A stretch of 64,000 bases of DNA. Origin: Saccostrea echinata (lineage: Eukaryota). The notes beneath the pieces were generated by a model, which saw only the letters and a program-made list of their open reading frames with translations, did not search any database and was not told the origin of the DNA. This document shows positions 26,649 through 40,186 of the stretch, in pieces (within the stretch, counting starts at the first letter, position 1; each line of letters starts with the position of its first letter). The stretch is taken from the NCBI RefSeq assembly GCF_033153115.1, contig NW_026889815.1, forward strand, positions 682,001 through 746,000. The letters are read 5' to 3'. Position numbers and translations under genes: made by a program.

Positions 26649-28439
26649 TCCTTCAACTGGCGTAGGAATTTCATTAATATTATGGATTCTGTAGAGGACT
26701 ACGCCAGGCGATGGGCCAGACATGAAAAAGAAGACCTTGACACTTTGTCAGAATGGATTAAATGTATCAGATATGTTAAAATCGCGCATAAAAAGATTGA
26801 GGGGCAATATGAGAACCATCTGTCCTTCTGTATTCAATAATCCAGAAGTGAAGAAAGAATTAGATTACATGATCAGTACGTACTGGTCCCTGCTGACAAA
26901 GCAGGTAACATTGTCTTTGTTTGTAAGGCTCATTATATTAAATGTATTTTAGAGGAACTTAGATTTAATTCTACAAGTGGTAATCCAACTTATACTCATA
27001 GTTCCCTTTCTAAGGAAGAAATTCTTCAAAATCATATGTCAGTTTTGAATATTTTTAATATTCCAAACAACCAAAATGAATTTGAATTACCATATTTATA
27101 TTGGATTCCGAAACTTCATAAAAATCCTTACAAACAAAGATACATAGCGGGTTCCAGCAAATGTTCAACCAAGCCTCTTTCTTTACTCTTCACTAAGATA
27201 TTAACAGTAGTGAAGGAGAAACTTCAAGAGTACTGTGCAACAATATATTCCAGAAGTGGTGTAAATCAGATGTGGATACTTATAAATTCCAAGGAACTTT
27301 CGGAAAATTTGAAATCACAAGATTTTACCAAAATCAACAGCTGAAAAACTTACGACTTTTCAACTTTATACACAACCATTCCCCACGATAAATTAAAGTC
27401 CAGGCTTTTTGATATCATTGACAGCTGCTTTTTCAATAAAACTGGAACTCGTAAATTTACTTACCTTGTCATTGGTCATTTGCAAAATTATTTTGTTGAA
27501 AAACATTCTGATTGTACACACAAGTACTCTGAAGTTGACATTAAAAAGATGCTCGAGATTCTGATTGACAATATCTATGTGGTTTTTGGAGACCAGGTCT
27601 TCCAACAATCTATTGGAATTCCCATGGGTACCAATTGCGCCCCGTTATTAGTAGACCTTTTTTGTATTCATATGAAGCAGAATTTGTCCAAAATCTTGTA
27701 CGTGAAAAGAAGAAAACACTTGCTGTGGCCTTCAACTCGACATTTAGATATATCGACGACGTATTGTCAATTAACAATGGCTATTTCCATTCTTATGTCG
27801 ATACGATATATCCTGGTGAGCTTGAGATAAAAGATACCACAGAGTCTGACACATCTGTTTCATATTTGGATATTTTACTTGAAAAAGACGTTAATGTTAA
27901 TCTAACAGCCAAGCTTTATGATAAACGTGATGACTTTAACTTTTCAATCGTCAACTTCCCTTACTTATGCAGCAAAATACCTTCATCACCTGCATACGGG
28001 ATATATATCTCTCAGTTGATTAGATACGCAAGAGCATGCTCTACGTATGTACAATTTCTAAAAAGAGGTAAATTACTGACAAGTTGATGAAACAAGAATA
28101 TCAGCTGTCTCGTTTGAAGTCATCATTTCGTAAGTTCTATGGTCGATACAATGACCTTGTTAGCAAATACAATTTATCATTGAGTCAAATGCTGACTGAC
28201 GTTTTCCATACAAATTGTTAGGCCATTATTTACACACTGAATTGTCGACGGATTTTTCCGTTATTTCCCGATCATGACAAGGAGCACACGGTGTGACCGG
28301 TCGGCAGGGATGCTCACTCCTCCATGGCACCTGATCCCACCTCTGATGTTTGGAGGTCCGTGTTTGCTTTGCTCCTATTTTGTATTGTTTGATGGACTTT
28401 TGAGCCTGAATACTGTTCGTTATCTTCATATATTTCATT
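26649..28439 (+). mobile_element. 5'-truncated Naiad-type Penelope-like element (RT C-terminal half plus 3' UTR)
   Basis: RT motifs VPADKA, YWIPKLHK, KTYDFSTLYT, GIPMGTNCAP, FRYIDDVL and KLYDKRDDF in broken frames. Near-identical to the minus copy. Flanked by TTACTC at 26645-50 and 28438-43. Confidence 0.9.
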
Positions 28440-29805
28440 ACTCTAAATACTAAATTCACAAATTGAATATGATTTTTTATATATATATGAAGCTATAGGC
28501 ATTCTGCTCGCCTTGATCGCCAATTTCTTTCTTAACTACGGTTTTCTCAGTAACGGATCAGGCAATCATTTTGAAACTTGAAAGGAGTTTCATTTGCATT
28601 GCTTGAAAGTGGTTTCTATTTTTTTTTTTTTATAAAAAGTTGGAATCGGTTGCAAACAGTTGCCATAGAAAAGAAACAGAAAAAAGGTAAATATACGGAT
28701 ATGTGACAAAGTGCTCCGAGGTAGCTTGGATAATCGCGATGAAACATCACAGAAATTTTTATTAGAAACTCTTGTTGTGCAGTCAACATTCAAAATTTTC
28801 TTAATGCCTAACGTTGCCATGGAAACAAAAGAAAAGTAAAGATTCTCTCATTTTCTCAGTAACTACCCAAGCAATTTTTTTGAAAACTATAAAAGTTTAA
28901 TCCTTTCACTGTATCAAAGCGGTTTCTGCAAAAATGGAATCGATAGTCACCGGAAGTAAGTCGAGGCCTTTTGCTGTTTTGTTTCACTCTAGTTTTGTCC
29001 GGTAGTGTTCTCCTAGATGGCTTATAAAATCTTTATGAAAAAACTTTACAGAAATAAAAGTCACCACTCTTAGTTATGCAGGTATATTTTAAATTTTCAA
29101 AGTTTGTCGCTTTAGACATGGATAGAACAAATAATTTAAGAAATGTTGCTGTCACGTGACCATTGTATTCTATCACAAGTTTCTTTTTAGGAATCACATC
29201 TCAATTCCCTCTTCAACATATTTTTGTTATTGAATATTTTTGTGATTTATTGGCGGCGATGTCCATTTACAAACTACACAAGAGGCCCAAGGGCCTTGAT
29301 GGTCACCTGAGTATAATACAACAATTTAGAGGATCCATAGAGTATAAAATAAACTGATAAATGAAGTTTTGTTGCCCAAAAGCAAGAGAAATAGGATGAT
29401 CAGGATAATTTCTCTATTGTGTTGTGACATAATCTTGGAGTTATCCGGAATTTTCATAACTTCTTGTATTTGGTTCTACTTTTATATCGAGCCTACATTT
29501 TCCCTTTATCATTGTTAACGTGGCTCGTAGCACCTTACCAACTTTGATTGTTTCGTTCTCTGCAACTTTGAAGCACAATGGAGTAATAAAATATGAAGAT
29601 AACGAACAGTATTCAGGCTCAAAATTCCATCAAACAATACAAAATAGGAGCAGAGCAAACATGGACCTCCAAACATCAGAGGTGGGATCAGGTGCCATGG
29701 AGGAGTGAGCATCCCCTGCCGACCGGTCACACCCGCCGTGTGCTCCTTGTCATGATCGGGAAATAACGGAAAAATCCGTCGACAATTCAGTGTGTAAATA
29801 ATGGC

Positions 29806-32588
29806 CTAACAATTTGTAAGAAAAACGTCAGTCAGCATTTGACTCAATGATAAATTGTATTTGCTGACAAGGTCATTGTATCGACCATAGAACTTACGAA
29901 ATGATGACTTCAAACGAGACAGCTGATATTCTTGTTTCATCAACTTGTTTGTCAATAATTTACCTCGTTTTAGAAATTGTACATACGTAGAGCATGCTCT
30001 TGCGTATCGAATCAACTGAGAGACATATACCCCGTATGCAGGTGATGAAGGTATTTTGCTGCATAAGTAGGGGAAGTTGACGATTGAAAAGTTAAAGTCA
30101 GATGTGTCAGACTCTGTGGTATCTTTTATTTCAAGCTCACAGGGATATATCGCATCGACATAAGAATGGAAATAGCCATTGTTAATTGACAATACGTCGT
30201 CGATATATCTAAATGTCGAGTTGAAGGCCACAGCAAGTGTTTTCTTCTTTTCACGTACAAGATTTTGGACAAATTCTGCTTCATATGAATACAAAAAAAG
30301 GTCTACTAATAACGGGGCGCAATTGGTACCCATGGGAATTCCAATAGATTGTTGGAAGACCTGGTCTCCAAAAACCACATAAATATTGTCAATCAGAAAC
30401 TCGAGCATCTTTTTAATGTCAACTTCAGATTACTTGTGTGTACAATCAGAATGTTTTTTAACAAAATAATTTTGCAAATGACCAATGACAACGTTAGTAA
30501 ATTTACGAGTTCCATTTTTATTGAAAAAGCAGCTGTCAATGATATCAAAAAGCCTGGACTTTAATTTATCGTGGGGAATGGTTGTGTATAAAGTTGAAAA
30601 GTCGTAAGTTTTTCAGCTGTTGATTTTGGTAAAATCTTGTGATTTCAAATTTTCCGAAAGTTCCTTGGAATTTTTAAGTATCCACATCTGATTTACACCA
30701 CTTCTGGAATATATTGTTGCACAGTACTCTTGAAGTTTCTCCTTCACTACTGTTAATATCTTAGTGAGGAGTAAAGAAAGAGGCTTGGTTGAACATTTGC
30801 TGGAACCCGCTATGTATCTTTGTTTGTAAGGATTTTTATGAAGTTTCGGAATCCAATATAAATATGGTAATTCAAATTCATTTTGGTTGTTTGGAATATT
30901 AAAAATGTTCAAAACTGATATATGATTTTGAAGAAGTTCTCCTAAGAAAGGGAGCTATGAGTATAAGTTGGATTACCACTTGTAGAATTAAATCTAAGTT
31001 CCTCTAAAATACATTTAATATAATGTGCCTTACAAACAAAGGCAATGTTGTTACCTGCTTTGTCAGCAGGTACCAGTACGTACTGATCATGTAATCTATC
31101 TAATTCTTTTTTCACTTCTGGATTATTGAATACAGAAGGATAGATGGTTCTCATATTGCCCCTCAATCTTTTTATGCGCGATTTTAACATACATCTGATA
31201 CATTTAATCCATTCTGACAAAGTGTCAAGGTCTTCTTTTTCATGTCTGGCCCATCGCCTGGCGTAGTCCTCTACAGAATCCATAATATTTATGAAATTCC
31301 GACGCCAGTTGAAGGATCGGGGTTCCCTATATTTAGGACCTTTTAAAATTAGTGATCTAATTTCCTCATTTTTAACTATATTTACGTCACCAGTAATAAC
31401 GTGTCCAGCAGGACTATAGTTATAGGGTGAAGAAGAACATGAACACGACGGAGGATTATGTTTCAGATATTCGATATCCAGGCCCTGTAAAGTTTTCTTG
31501 TAATTAAAAAGTTTGGAAGCAATAGTCGATGTATATTTGTAGGAAATACAAGGTGTAGTCTTTAACTTGAAATATGGTGGAATACAAGACTGGACCCTTT
31601 TGTGATTAAGAATATTACTTATATTAACCGCGTCAATTCCTTTGATGGCATATTGAAGTTTAAGGAAATAACGGATTGTTTTAGCTGCATTTACCTCAGT
31701 AAAACGTGGGGGTTTAAAAAGCCTATGATTTGCAATAACCATAATTACAGATCCGAGCCTATATTCTGGTGTCGAGGAATGAAAATATGGACTTTCCTTG
31801 ACCTTCTCAAGAAGACTATTTAAAAGTTTCAAAGGGACAGAGTAAAGTTTGGTGCGAATATGATGTAGACCTAACTGTTGATTTACGTAAGGTAGTAATG
31901 AATCAAAAGAGACATAGTGTATCAAAGGTTTATTATAAGACCGATGCCCATGACTACGCTTACGTCTCTGTGTATGGTTAAAAAGTCCCATCACATTTAC
32001 ATTGTTACACTGTGGACTGGAAAGATTTCCAACACTATCGACATTGTCATTACACCCATAAGGAAAGGCTGTCCCTAGCTTTCTAATCCAAAAGTCTTCT
32101 CGTTGTCTACTCAGTGATGGGCTGTTTGTGTCGTGGTAAATCTTGTCTAGAATTCTAACTTTCATTGATAAAATAGAATGATCAGGTAAATTAAAATGCT
32201 TGTATAAAAGTTGCTGACCCCCATTATTTATCTGAAATCTATCACCTGAAATTCTTTTATTGAGTGATCCCTTGGTTTCACCAACATAAACAAGTCCACA
32301 AAGACTACATTCTATTCCGTAGACAACATTTGAGGATTTGCAGTTCAGATTTTCCCAAGTTTTGGTACAGAAGCTCTGTCCAGTAAGATTACTGGTGAAA
32401 GAAATGTTAGTTATCAAAATGTCACATGTTTTACAATTTTTCGCAGAACATTTTGAAATAGAAGACATGGGATCGGAAAAGGAATCCTCGAATATATCTC
32501 TAATAGAAACCTTACATTCTTTCAATTTTTTGTATGAATTATTGGTTTTATACCAAAACTGGGAATCTGAAGACTGTAGATATGACAT
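29806..32588 (-). pseudogene. PLE GIY-YIG endonuclease-RT ORF, disrupted
   Basis: ORFs 30942-32588, 30613-30912 and 29806-30408 join into one EN-RT protein. Private lesions are TAG plus frameshift at ~30942, TAA at ~30430 and a ~75-bp deletion at ~30100. An in-frame TGA at 30613-15 is shared with the other copy. Confidence 0.9.
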
Positions 32589-32674
32589 ATGTTTAATATC
32601 CCTGAGGATTATCCGAGGGGCACCGAATCAACTCCTTGAGTCTGTGTCCCTTATAGACTCAAAAGAGTGACGCC

Positions 32675-32682
32675 TTTTTATA
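32675..32682 (-). promoter_or_regulatory. Candidate TATA box of the PLE ORF
   Basis: TATAAAAA on the minus strand, about 90 nt upstream of the ATG at 32588. Confidence 0.4.
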
Positions 32683-34307
32683 CTGGGCGACGCGACTGCC
32701 AGTATCATTTCGTTAATCTGTATACTCATGAATGAATAGGTACCCAACGACAAGTATCCTCGGGGACAGACTGTCCACCAGTAGCGATACATGTTCGGTG
32801 GTTAAAATGAAATATATGGAGATAACGAACAGAATTCAGGCTCAAAGGACCATCAAACAATACAAAATAGGAGCAGAGCAAACACGGACCTCCAAACATC
32901 AGAGGTGGGATCAGGTGCCATGGAGGAGTGAGCATCCCCTGCCGACCGGTCACACCCGCCGTGTGCTCCTTGTCATGATCGGGAAATAACGGAAAAATCC
33001 GTCGACAATTCAGTGTGTAAATAATGGCCTAACAATTTGTATGAAAAACGTCAGTCAGCATTTGACTCAATGATAAATTGTATTTGCTGACAAGGTCATT
33101 GTATCGACCATAGAACTTACGAAATGATGACTTCAAACGAGACAGCTGATATTCTTGTTTCATCAACTTGTTTGTCAATAATTTACCTCTTTTTAGAAAT
33201 TGTACATACGTAGAGCATGCTCTTGCGTATCGAATCAACTGAGAGATATATACCCCGTATGCAGGTGATGAAGGTATATTGCTGCATAAGTAGGGGAAGT
33301 TGACGATTGAAAAGTTAAAGTCATCACGTTTATCATAAAGCTTGGTTGTTAGATTACCATTAACGTCTTTTTCAAGTAAAATATCCAAATATGAACGAGA
33401 TGTGTCAGACTCTGTGGTATCTTTTATCTCAAGTAAGTAATATTGTTTGTCATGCTCAATTTCTACTGTTGCATCTGTACGGTATATGATTTTGACATAA
33501 TCTTGGAGTTATCCGGAATTTTCATAACTTGTTGTATTTGGTTCTACTTTTATATCGAGCCCACATTTTCCCTTTATCATTGTTTACGTGGTTCGTAGCA
33601 CCTTATTAACTCTGATTGTTTCGTTGTCTGCACCTTTGAAGCACAATGGAGTAAGTAATATTGTTTGTAATGCTCAATTTCCATTGTTGCATCTGTACGG
33701 TATATGATTTTGTATGCAATTTGGTCATTATAGTGTGTGAAGTCTATTTTTGGATAACGTGCGAGTTGCACTTTTCATGATTTTTAAGACTTAAAGAAGT
33801 TTTGTGTCACAAGATAGTGCATTTTGGATTGAAAAGCACACATATATACCAAATATTTCTGTAATGTTTTTTCTAGTCAAGCATTTTTATTTGCATGTTA
33901 AATGCAAACAATTTATGCCATTGTAAAGAGTGCAGGAAAACTTGAAGGCATGCTATAAAACATTGATTGTATTAAGTACATGTACCTAAGTTTGTTGGCA
34001 TGTTGTAAAACATAGTTTGATCAAGATACATGTTCATACCTAAACAGAGAGTTACCTGTTGTATGATAGTTCTAGTCATTTCACTCATTTGTCATGTTAC
34101 GTTCATTCACTTCCTAGATAGCTTTGGATGTAATTTCATTTATTATTTTCTCCGTTCTTATTTGATTCATTGTAATATTTTCAGATCTAACCATATCCTC
34201 ATGGAGAAATAAATGGTTGAACTTACTGCGACTTGCATTTTTATTGGACCAAGGCAATAAGGCAGTACAGTTAGATTCCATTTTAGCAGAATACAGTGAG
34301 GCCAGAG

Positions 34308-37300
34308 ATGGGTACAGAAGACGAGGAACGGACAAGAAAATTAACAGAAAAAGGATCAGAACTATATAGTGAAAGGAGTTGTGCTCACAGAGACAAGACA
34401 GAGGAGGCATGGAATGAGGTTCAGAAGATTTTGGAAAACCTATGCGAAGCGGACGGCAGCAGAGTGGACACCATGGAATCGGAACTCCGCAAGCGATATG
34501 ACTGCTATGTATCTTTGCGCTCTGATTACATCGACTTTCTGAAAGGGACAAAAACTGAGGAGAGCAACAATGAGTTACGTGTTCTGGAACGATCAAGTGA
34601 AAACAGTGATCGAATATTTAAATCAGCTTTGACGCAAATCAAGATTATAAAAAAAAAATGCGGATGCGAGATCTACTGCAAATACCTTTGCTGGCTATTC
34701 TGCATCACGGGGAACAAAGGTTCAAATTAAGTTAGAAGAAATAAAGACAAAGGTAAAATTGGCCGAAGAGGAAGCTGGTATCCAAAAACAGTTGGCAGAA
34801 ATTAGACACAAAAAGGAAGAGGAGAAGTTAAATGCAGAATTAAATGTTATAAATTTGACAAAGGAAGCTGTTGAATTGGAAGCGGAGGCAAAGGCTTCAT
34901 CTGTTGGAGAAGATCGGGACGACTCTCCTTCTCCTCCTGTACGATTACCGGTGGAGAGAAGTCGTGCTGAGCGATATGTTGCTGAACATTTTCATGATCC
35001 TATAGTTCATCCTTTACATTATGGATTCTCAAACTCGCCTTACATCTAATCTGACCACCGTGACCGAGATCCATTCCATCGTCATACACCAAGCAACGAT
35101 AACCATGTGGCATCAGAGCTTACTTCTTTTCTTTTAAAGAAAGATCTTTTGATGATAAGACTTACTGTTTTTGATGAGAAGCCGGAACACTACTCTTCCT
35201 GGAAAGTGAATTTCAAAGACATCATAAATGATCTCAGAGTTAATCCTTCTGAGGAATTGGATTTGTTAATTCGCTGGCTAGGCCCAGATTCTGCAAGACA
35301 CGCCAAAACTATAAGGACTTCAATAGGTTCTGATCCTAGATGGGGAGTAGCAAAAATTTTGGGAGCGTCTAGATGAAAGGTTTGGTGCCCCTGAGATGGT
35401 CGAGTCTTCAATCAAAAACAAGCTTAACTCTTTTCCAAGGCTTGGGAATAAAGACAATAAGAAGTTATACGAGTTAGTAGATATCATGATCGAAACAGAA
35501 GCATTGATGGGAAATCCACAGTATTCCATGCTGCTCTCGTATTTCAACTCATCATCTGGTGTATCTCCAATTATCAACAAACTGCTGTATAACCTTCAGG
35601 AAAAATGGATCATGAGAGCAGCCAACTATAAGAAGCAACATGATGTTCCATATCCGCCATTTTCCTTTGTATTAGACTTTGTCAAGGAAATGAGCAAGAT
35701 CCACAACGATCCAGCATTTTTTCACACCTTTGAGACACACACCTCTAAACCAACTACTGGTTCATACGTGACTGGAAACCAGAAACCTGTTATTGCTAGG
35801 AAGACAGATGTCAAGGCTAATATAAGTAGCAGTCCAGACAAAATATGTCCAGTGCATATGAAAGAACACTCGCTGAATCAGTGCAGGGAATTCTTAAAAT
35901 GGGATATTAGGAAACGTAGAGAGCTGTTGAAGCGAAGAGGCATTTGTTTTAAATATTGCGCATCTACGACTCATTTGATGAGAGATTGTAGACAATCTGA
36001 GGAATGTGCCATATGCAAAAGCCAACAACACCCAACAGCGTTACATATGGAAGGAAGAAATGCTACTGTATTTGTTGTCAATCAAACATCAAAAGACAGT
36101 CCGAAAGTAACAATTGCTCATGGCGGGGAGAAAGCTAAAGATGTCGTTGCGTCATGCACCTCACTATGTGGAGAGGAGTTCAATGGTCGATCATGTTCAA
36201 AGATTGTGCTCGTAAAGGTGTATCTGGAAAGGGAACCTGAAAGGACTATCACAGCGTACGCTCTTCTGGACGAGCATAGTAACAAGACTTTAGCATTGTC
36301 GGAACTTTTGGGTCAGCTTTCTGTAGAAGGTTCTCAGGCTGCTTACACACTGTCAACATGTGCAGGTACAGAACAGAAAACAGGCAGACGAGCTGTGGGG
36401 ATTATGGTCAAATCAAGGGATTGGATAAACCAACATACCTTGCCAACAGTAATTAAATATAACGACATTCCAAATAATATCTCAGAGATCCCTACCCCAG
36501 AAGTAGCGAGGGCACAGTCTCATTTAAAACATATCGCTAGTCAGATTTATCCTCTGGATCTTAAGAAAAAGGTCCAGTTACTTATTGGCCGTGATTTGCT
36601 GGAAGTTCACCGTGTTCAACATCAAATAACAGGTCCACGTGGAGCACCATTTGCTCAAAGATTGAGCTTGGGCTGGGTGATCGTGGGAGAAGTTTGTATT
36701 GGCAAGTTCCATAGAGACAATGTCAATGTATTGAAAACCAACTTACTTGTGAATGGTAGGAGAACAATTTTCAACCCATGTGACTCAAAACTCGTCTTGC
36801 GTGAGCAGCCAGTTGAATCTCCCATTGGAGAAAATCTCATTGTTAGAACCCAACAGGATGAGAAAATAGGAATGTCTTACGAAGATCGAAAGTTCACAGA
36901 GTTAATGGACTCAACACTCAGGAAGGACTCCTCTGGAGTATGGATGGCTCCCCTACCATTCAAAAGTCAAAGGGCACGGCTTCCCAACAACAGGCTACAA
37001 GTATTGCAAAGAGCTTGACAACTAGAGTCGAATCTTAAAAAGAGTCCGGAGAAACTGAACCACTTTATTACCTTTATGGACAAAGTTTTCCGAAGTCAGG
37101 CTGCAGAAAAGGCTCCTGATCTACAGGATGATGAGAAGGAGAGATGGTATTTACAAATTTTTGGGGGTATATCATCCAAAGAAACCCAACCAGATCAGGG
37201 GAGTATTTGACTCCTCAGTAGTGTACAAGGGACTTTCTCTGAACAATGTGTTGCTAACAGGACCAAATTTGACCAACAGTTTGTTGGACGTGCTGTTGCG

Positions 37301-40120
37301 ATTCAGAAAGGATGAATGTGCAAATACAGCGGATATAGAGCAAATGTTCTACAGATTCTTCGTCATACCTGAGCATCGAGACTTTCTGCGGTTCTTCTGG
37401 TTCGAAGACAATAACCCTAATTCCCCAATGGTTGAATATCGTATGACAGTCCATGTTTTTGGTAATCGCCCGTCGCCCGCCATAGCCACTTATGAACTGA
37501 GAAGAGCGGTACAAAAGGCTGACAATGATGTCAAAGAATTTGTTAGTTGTGATTTCTATGTTGACGATGCACTGACGTCCACGTCTTCGCCTGAAGCAGC
37601 AGTGAGTTTATTGGAATGTACCAGGAGGAGTCTTGCAGAATGAAGGCCACATCCGACTACATAAAATTGCATCAAACAACAAGAATGTGATGTCTCAGTT
37701 TCCTAAGGAAGATCTTGGAAAGGATCTCAAGAACTTAGATTTGGGTGATGATGCATTGCCCTTACAAAGAGTCTAGGTCTATCTTGGAACCTGAATACGG
37801 ACAGCTTTGTTTTCACTGCTCCTAAACTGAGTAGTTCATTCACAAGAAGAGGATTGGTTTCAGCAGTTAGCAGCATTTTTGATCCTATAGGATTTTTGGC
37901 ACCCTTTACAGTTTATGGAAGAATGTTATTGAGAGAGGCATGTCCACACAGACTGGGATGAACAACTTCCTGAAACACATCACAAACGTTGGTAGAACTG
38001 GATGGACGACTTGAATCTGTTGGATGGATTCTGTATTCCTAGAATGTATGTACCGAGTTCGTACAGTCAGATGAAAGTACGGGAAGTGTTAATCTTTTCT
38101 GATGCTTCGGAGAAGGCTGTAGCTGCAGCTGCTTATCTCAAGACAACAGATGACCTCGGTCAACAGCAGTTGGAGTTCATTATGGTTAAATCCAAATTAG
38201 CACCTTCAGCTGGTAATAGTATACCTCGCTTAGAGCTTTGCGGGGCAGTCCTGGCGACAGAAATTGGGCAGTTCCTTGCAGAACAGCTTGAAATACTTAC
38301 AACCAAGATGAAATATTTTGTTGATAGCAAGGTTGTCCTCGATTATATAAAGAAGGACACACGGAGATTTTATACCTATGTTAGCAATAGGGTAGCCAGG
38401 ATTCGTCATGCCACTTCACCAGAACAATGGAATTATGTGCCTACCCATTTAAACCCTGCAGATGTTGCTACAAGGGATGTGTCACAGGACATTTTGACAG
38501 CCATACAAATATGGTTGAAAGGACCTGAGTATATCTTAAAGGGCATGGAAACATCAAAAGAAGAACCAGAGATATTTCCCCTCATTGAACCAGACTCTGA
38601 TAAAGAAATCCGTCCAGTACAGGTGCTACAATTCACTGTCTCAACACACTTACCACTAGATGAACGATTCACGAAATTCTCAACATGGAAGGGGTTAGTT
38701 CATGCAATTGCCATCTTGAAATATAATGCAGGCTGCCACAACAAAGAAAATGACTCATCTTGCGAAGGATGGCATTGGTGCCAGGAAGGAACAAGTCCAG
38801 CTGGACTTAGAGAGGCAGAAAAATTTGTGATAAAAACCCTGCAACAAAAGCACTACTACAAGGAGATCAACAATTTAAGACTAGGGTTGTCGCTCACCAA
38901 GGAAAGTCACATCATACCACTGTCTCCTTACTTGGATGAAGATGGTCTCCTGAGGGTTGGTGGCCGATTAAATCGTCTTCGAGATAGTCTAGGCCTCGCA
39001 TCTACGAATCCTATCATCATTCCGAAGGGGGTTGTAGCAATGTTTCTTGTTAAACATTTTCATGAAAAAACCTTTCACCAGGGCCGGAAATTTACTGAAG
39101 GGAAAATACATCTCATCTCTCATTGGGAAATGTGTTTTGTGTAAAAAGCTAAGAGGAAAAACGCTAGTACAAAAGATGTCCGATTTACCAACAGATCGAT
39201 TGGTTCCTGGACCACCCTTTACAGCAGTTGGCGTAGATACCTTTGGACTATGGAACGTCACCACACGCAGGGCACGAGGTGGAGCCGCTCAAAGTAAGCG
39301 CTGGGCAATTATTTTCACCTGTTTAACAACCCGTGCAGTGCATATCGAGCTTATCGAAGAAATGAGCAGCTCTAGTTTCATAAATGGCTTGAGGCGAGTC
39401 AATGGATCAGACCGAGGGACGAACTTCGAAGGTGCAACGGATCAGATTGGTCATGACGCAATCAATGTGGAAGATGTTCAACTAAAGGCTCATGTAAACA
39501 ATTCAGGATCAATCTGGACTTTTAATGCTCCCCACTCCTCCCACATGGGAGGAGTGTGGGAAAGAATGATAGGCATTACTCGGAGAATTTTAGATGGAAT
39601 ACTAGTTCAACAGAAATCCAAAACCTTGACTCTTGAAATCCTGTCCACATTGATGGAAGAAGTCTCTGCTGTTATGAATTCCATACCAATCTCAACTATT
39701 CCATCTGACCCAGAGACACCCTTGATATTAAGCCCAAATATTCTCCTCACTCAAAAACAAGATAATAATCCACCTATGTTGTCAGAACAATTTTCACTCA
39801 AGGATGTCTATAAAGCAGAATGGAAACATGTTCAAGTACTCTCTGATCTCTTTTGGAGGAAGTTGAAGGATACCTACTTGAATGAATTGCAAGAACGCAG
39901 AAAGTGGCACGACAAGAAACCAAATATAAAACCCAGTGATGTTGTCCTCATCAGGGATGCGAGCCTTGCTCGAAACAAGTGGCCCGTTGGAGTAGTGGAG
40001 GAATCCATAAAGAGTGATGACCAGTTGGTTCGTAAGGCCGTTATCCGTGTACATTGTGATGGCAAAACTGTGTTGTATACTAGACCTATCAGTGAGCTTG
40101 TTTTGTTATTAGATGATTAG
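34308..40120 (+). pseudogene. BEL/Pao gag-pol polyprotein with frameshifts and stops
   Basis: Gag (FDEKPEHYSSWK, three Cys/His knuckles), protease ALLDEHS, RT FYVDD, RNase H IFSDASEKA and SIPRLELCGA, integrase GVDTFG / SDRGTNF / GGVWERMI, and a C-terminal RPISEL. The PR-RT-RH-IN order is that of BEL/Pao. Confidence 0.93.
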
Positions 40121-40186
40121 TTTAGAATACTTAGTAAGTGTAGGAGTTTTAGTTTATTGTTATATCTTGAGATATAAGACAGGGAG

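Larger units (their letters stand above)
29587..33431 (-). mobile_element. Naiad-type Penelope-like element with an upstream pseudo-LTR (32805-33431), inserted into the BEL 5' LTR
   Basis: N-terminal GIY-YIG (NVVYGIEC..YVGET..KHF..H..REDFWIRKL..PYGCN), CxC linker (PPSCSC..GHVITGD), then RT. A tandem partial copy of the 3' end lies upstream. AGTAA duplication at 29582-86 / 33432-36. Confidence 0.93.
29418..34269 (+). repeat. 5' LTR, interrupted by a PLE at 29587-33431, with its first ~220 bp tandemly duplicated (second copy starts ~33493)
   Basis: 29418-29586 plus 33432-33494 match the start of the 3' LTR. The sequence then restarts at TGACATAATCTTGGAG and runs to GGCAGTACA at 34269. Confidence 0.9.

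Noticed and set aside
28220-28440. SECIS element or hammerhead ribozyme in the PLE 3' UTR
   Set aside because: ATGA is present but there is no apical AA at the right spacing, and no CUGAUGA/GAAA core was seen by eye.
28480-29230. Further decayed HINE-like repeat (GTTGCCATGGAAAC motifs)
   Set aside because: The ends could not be defined.
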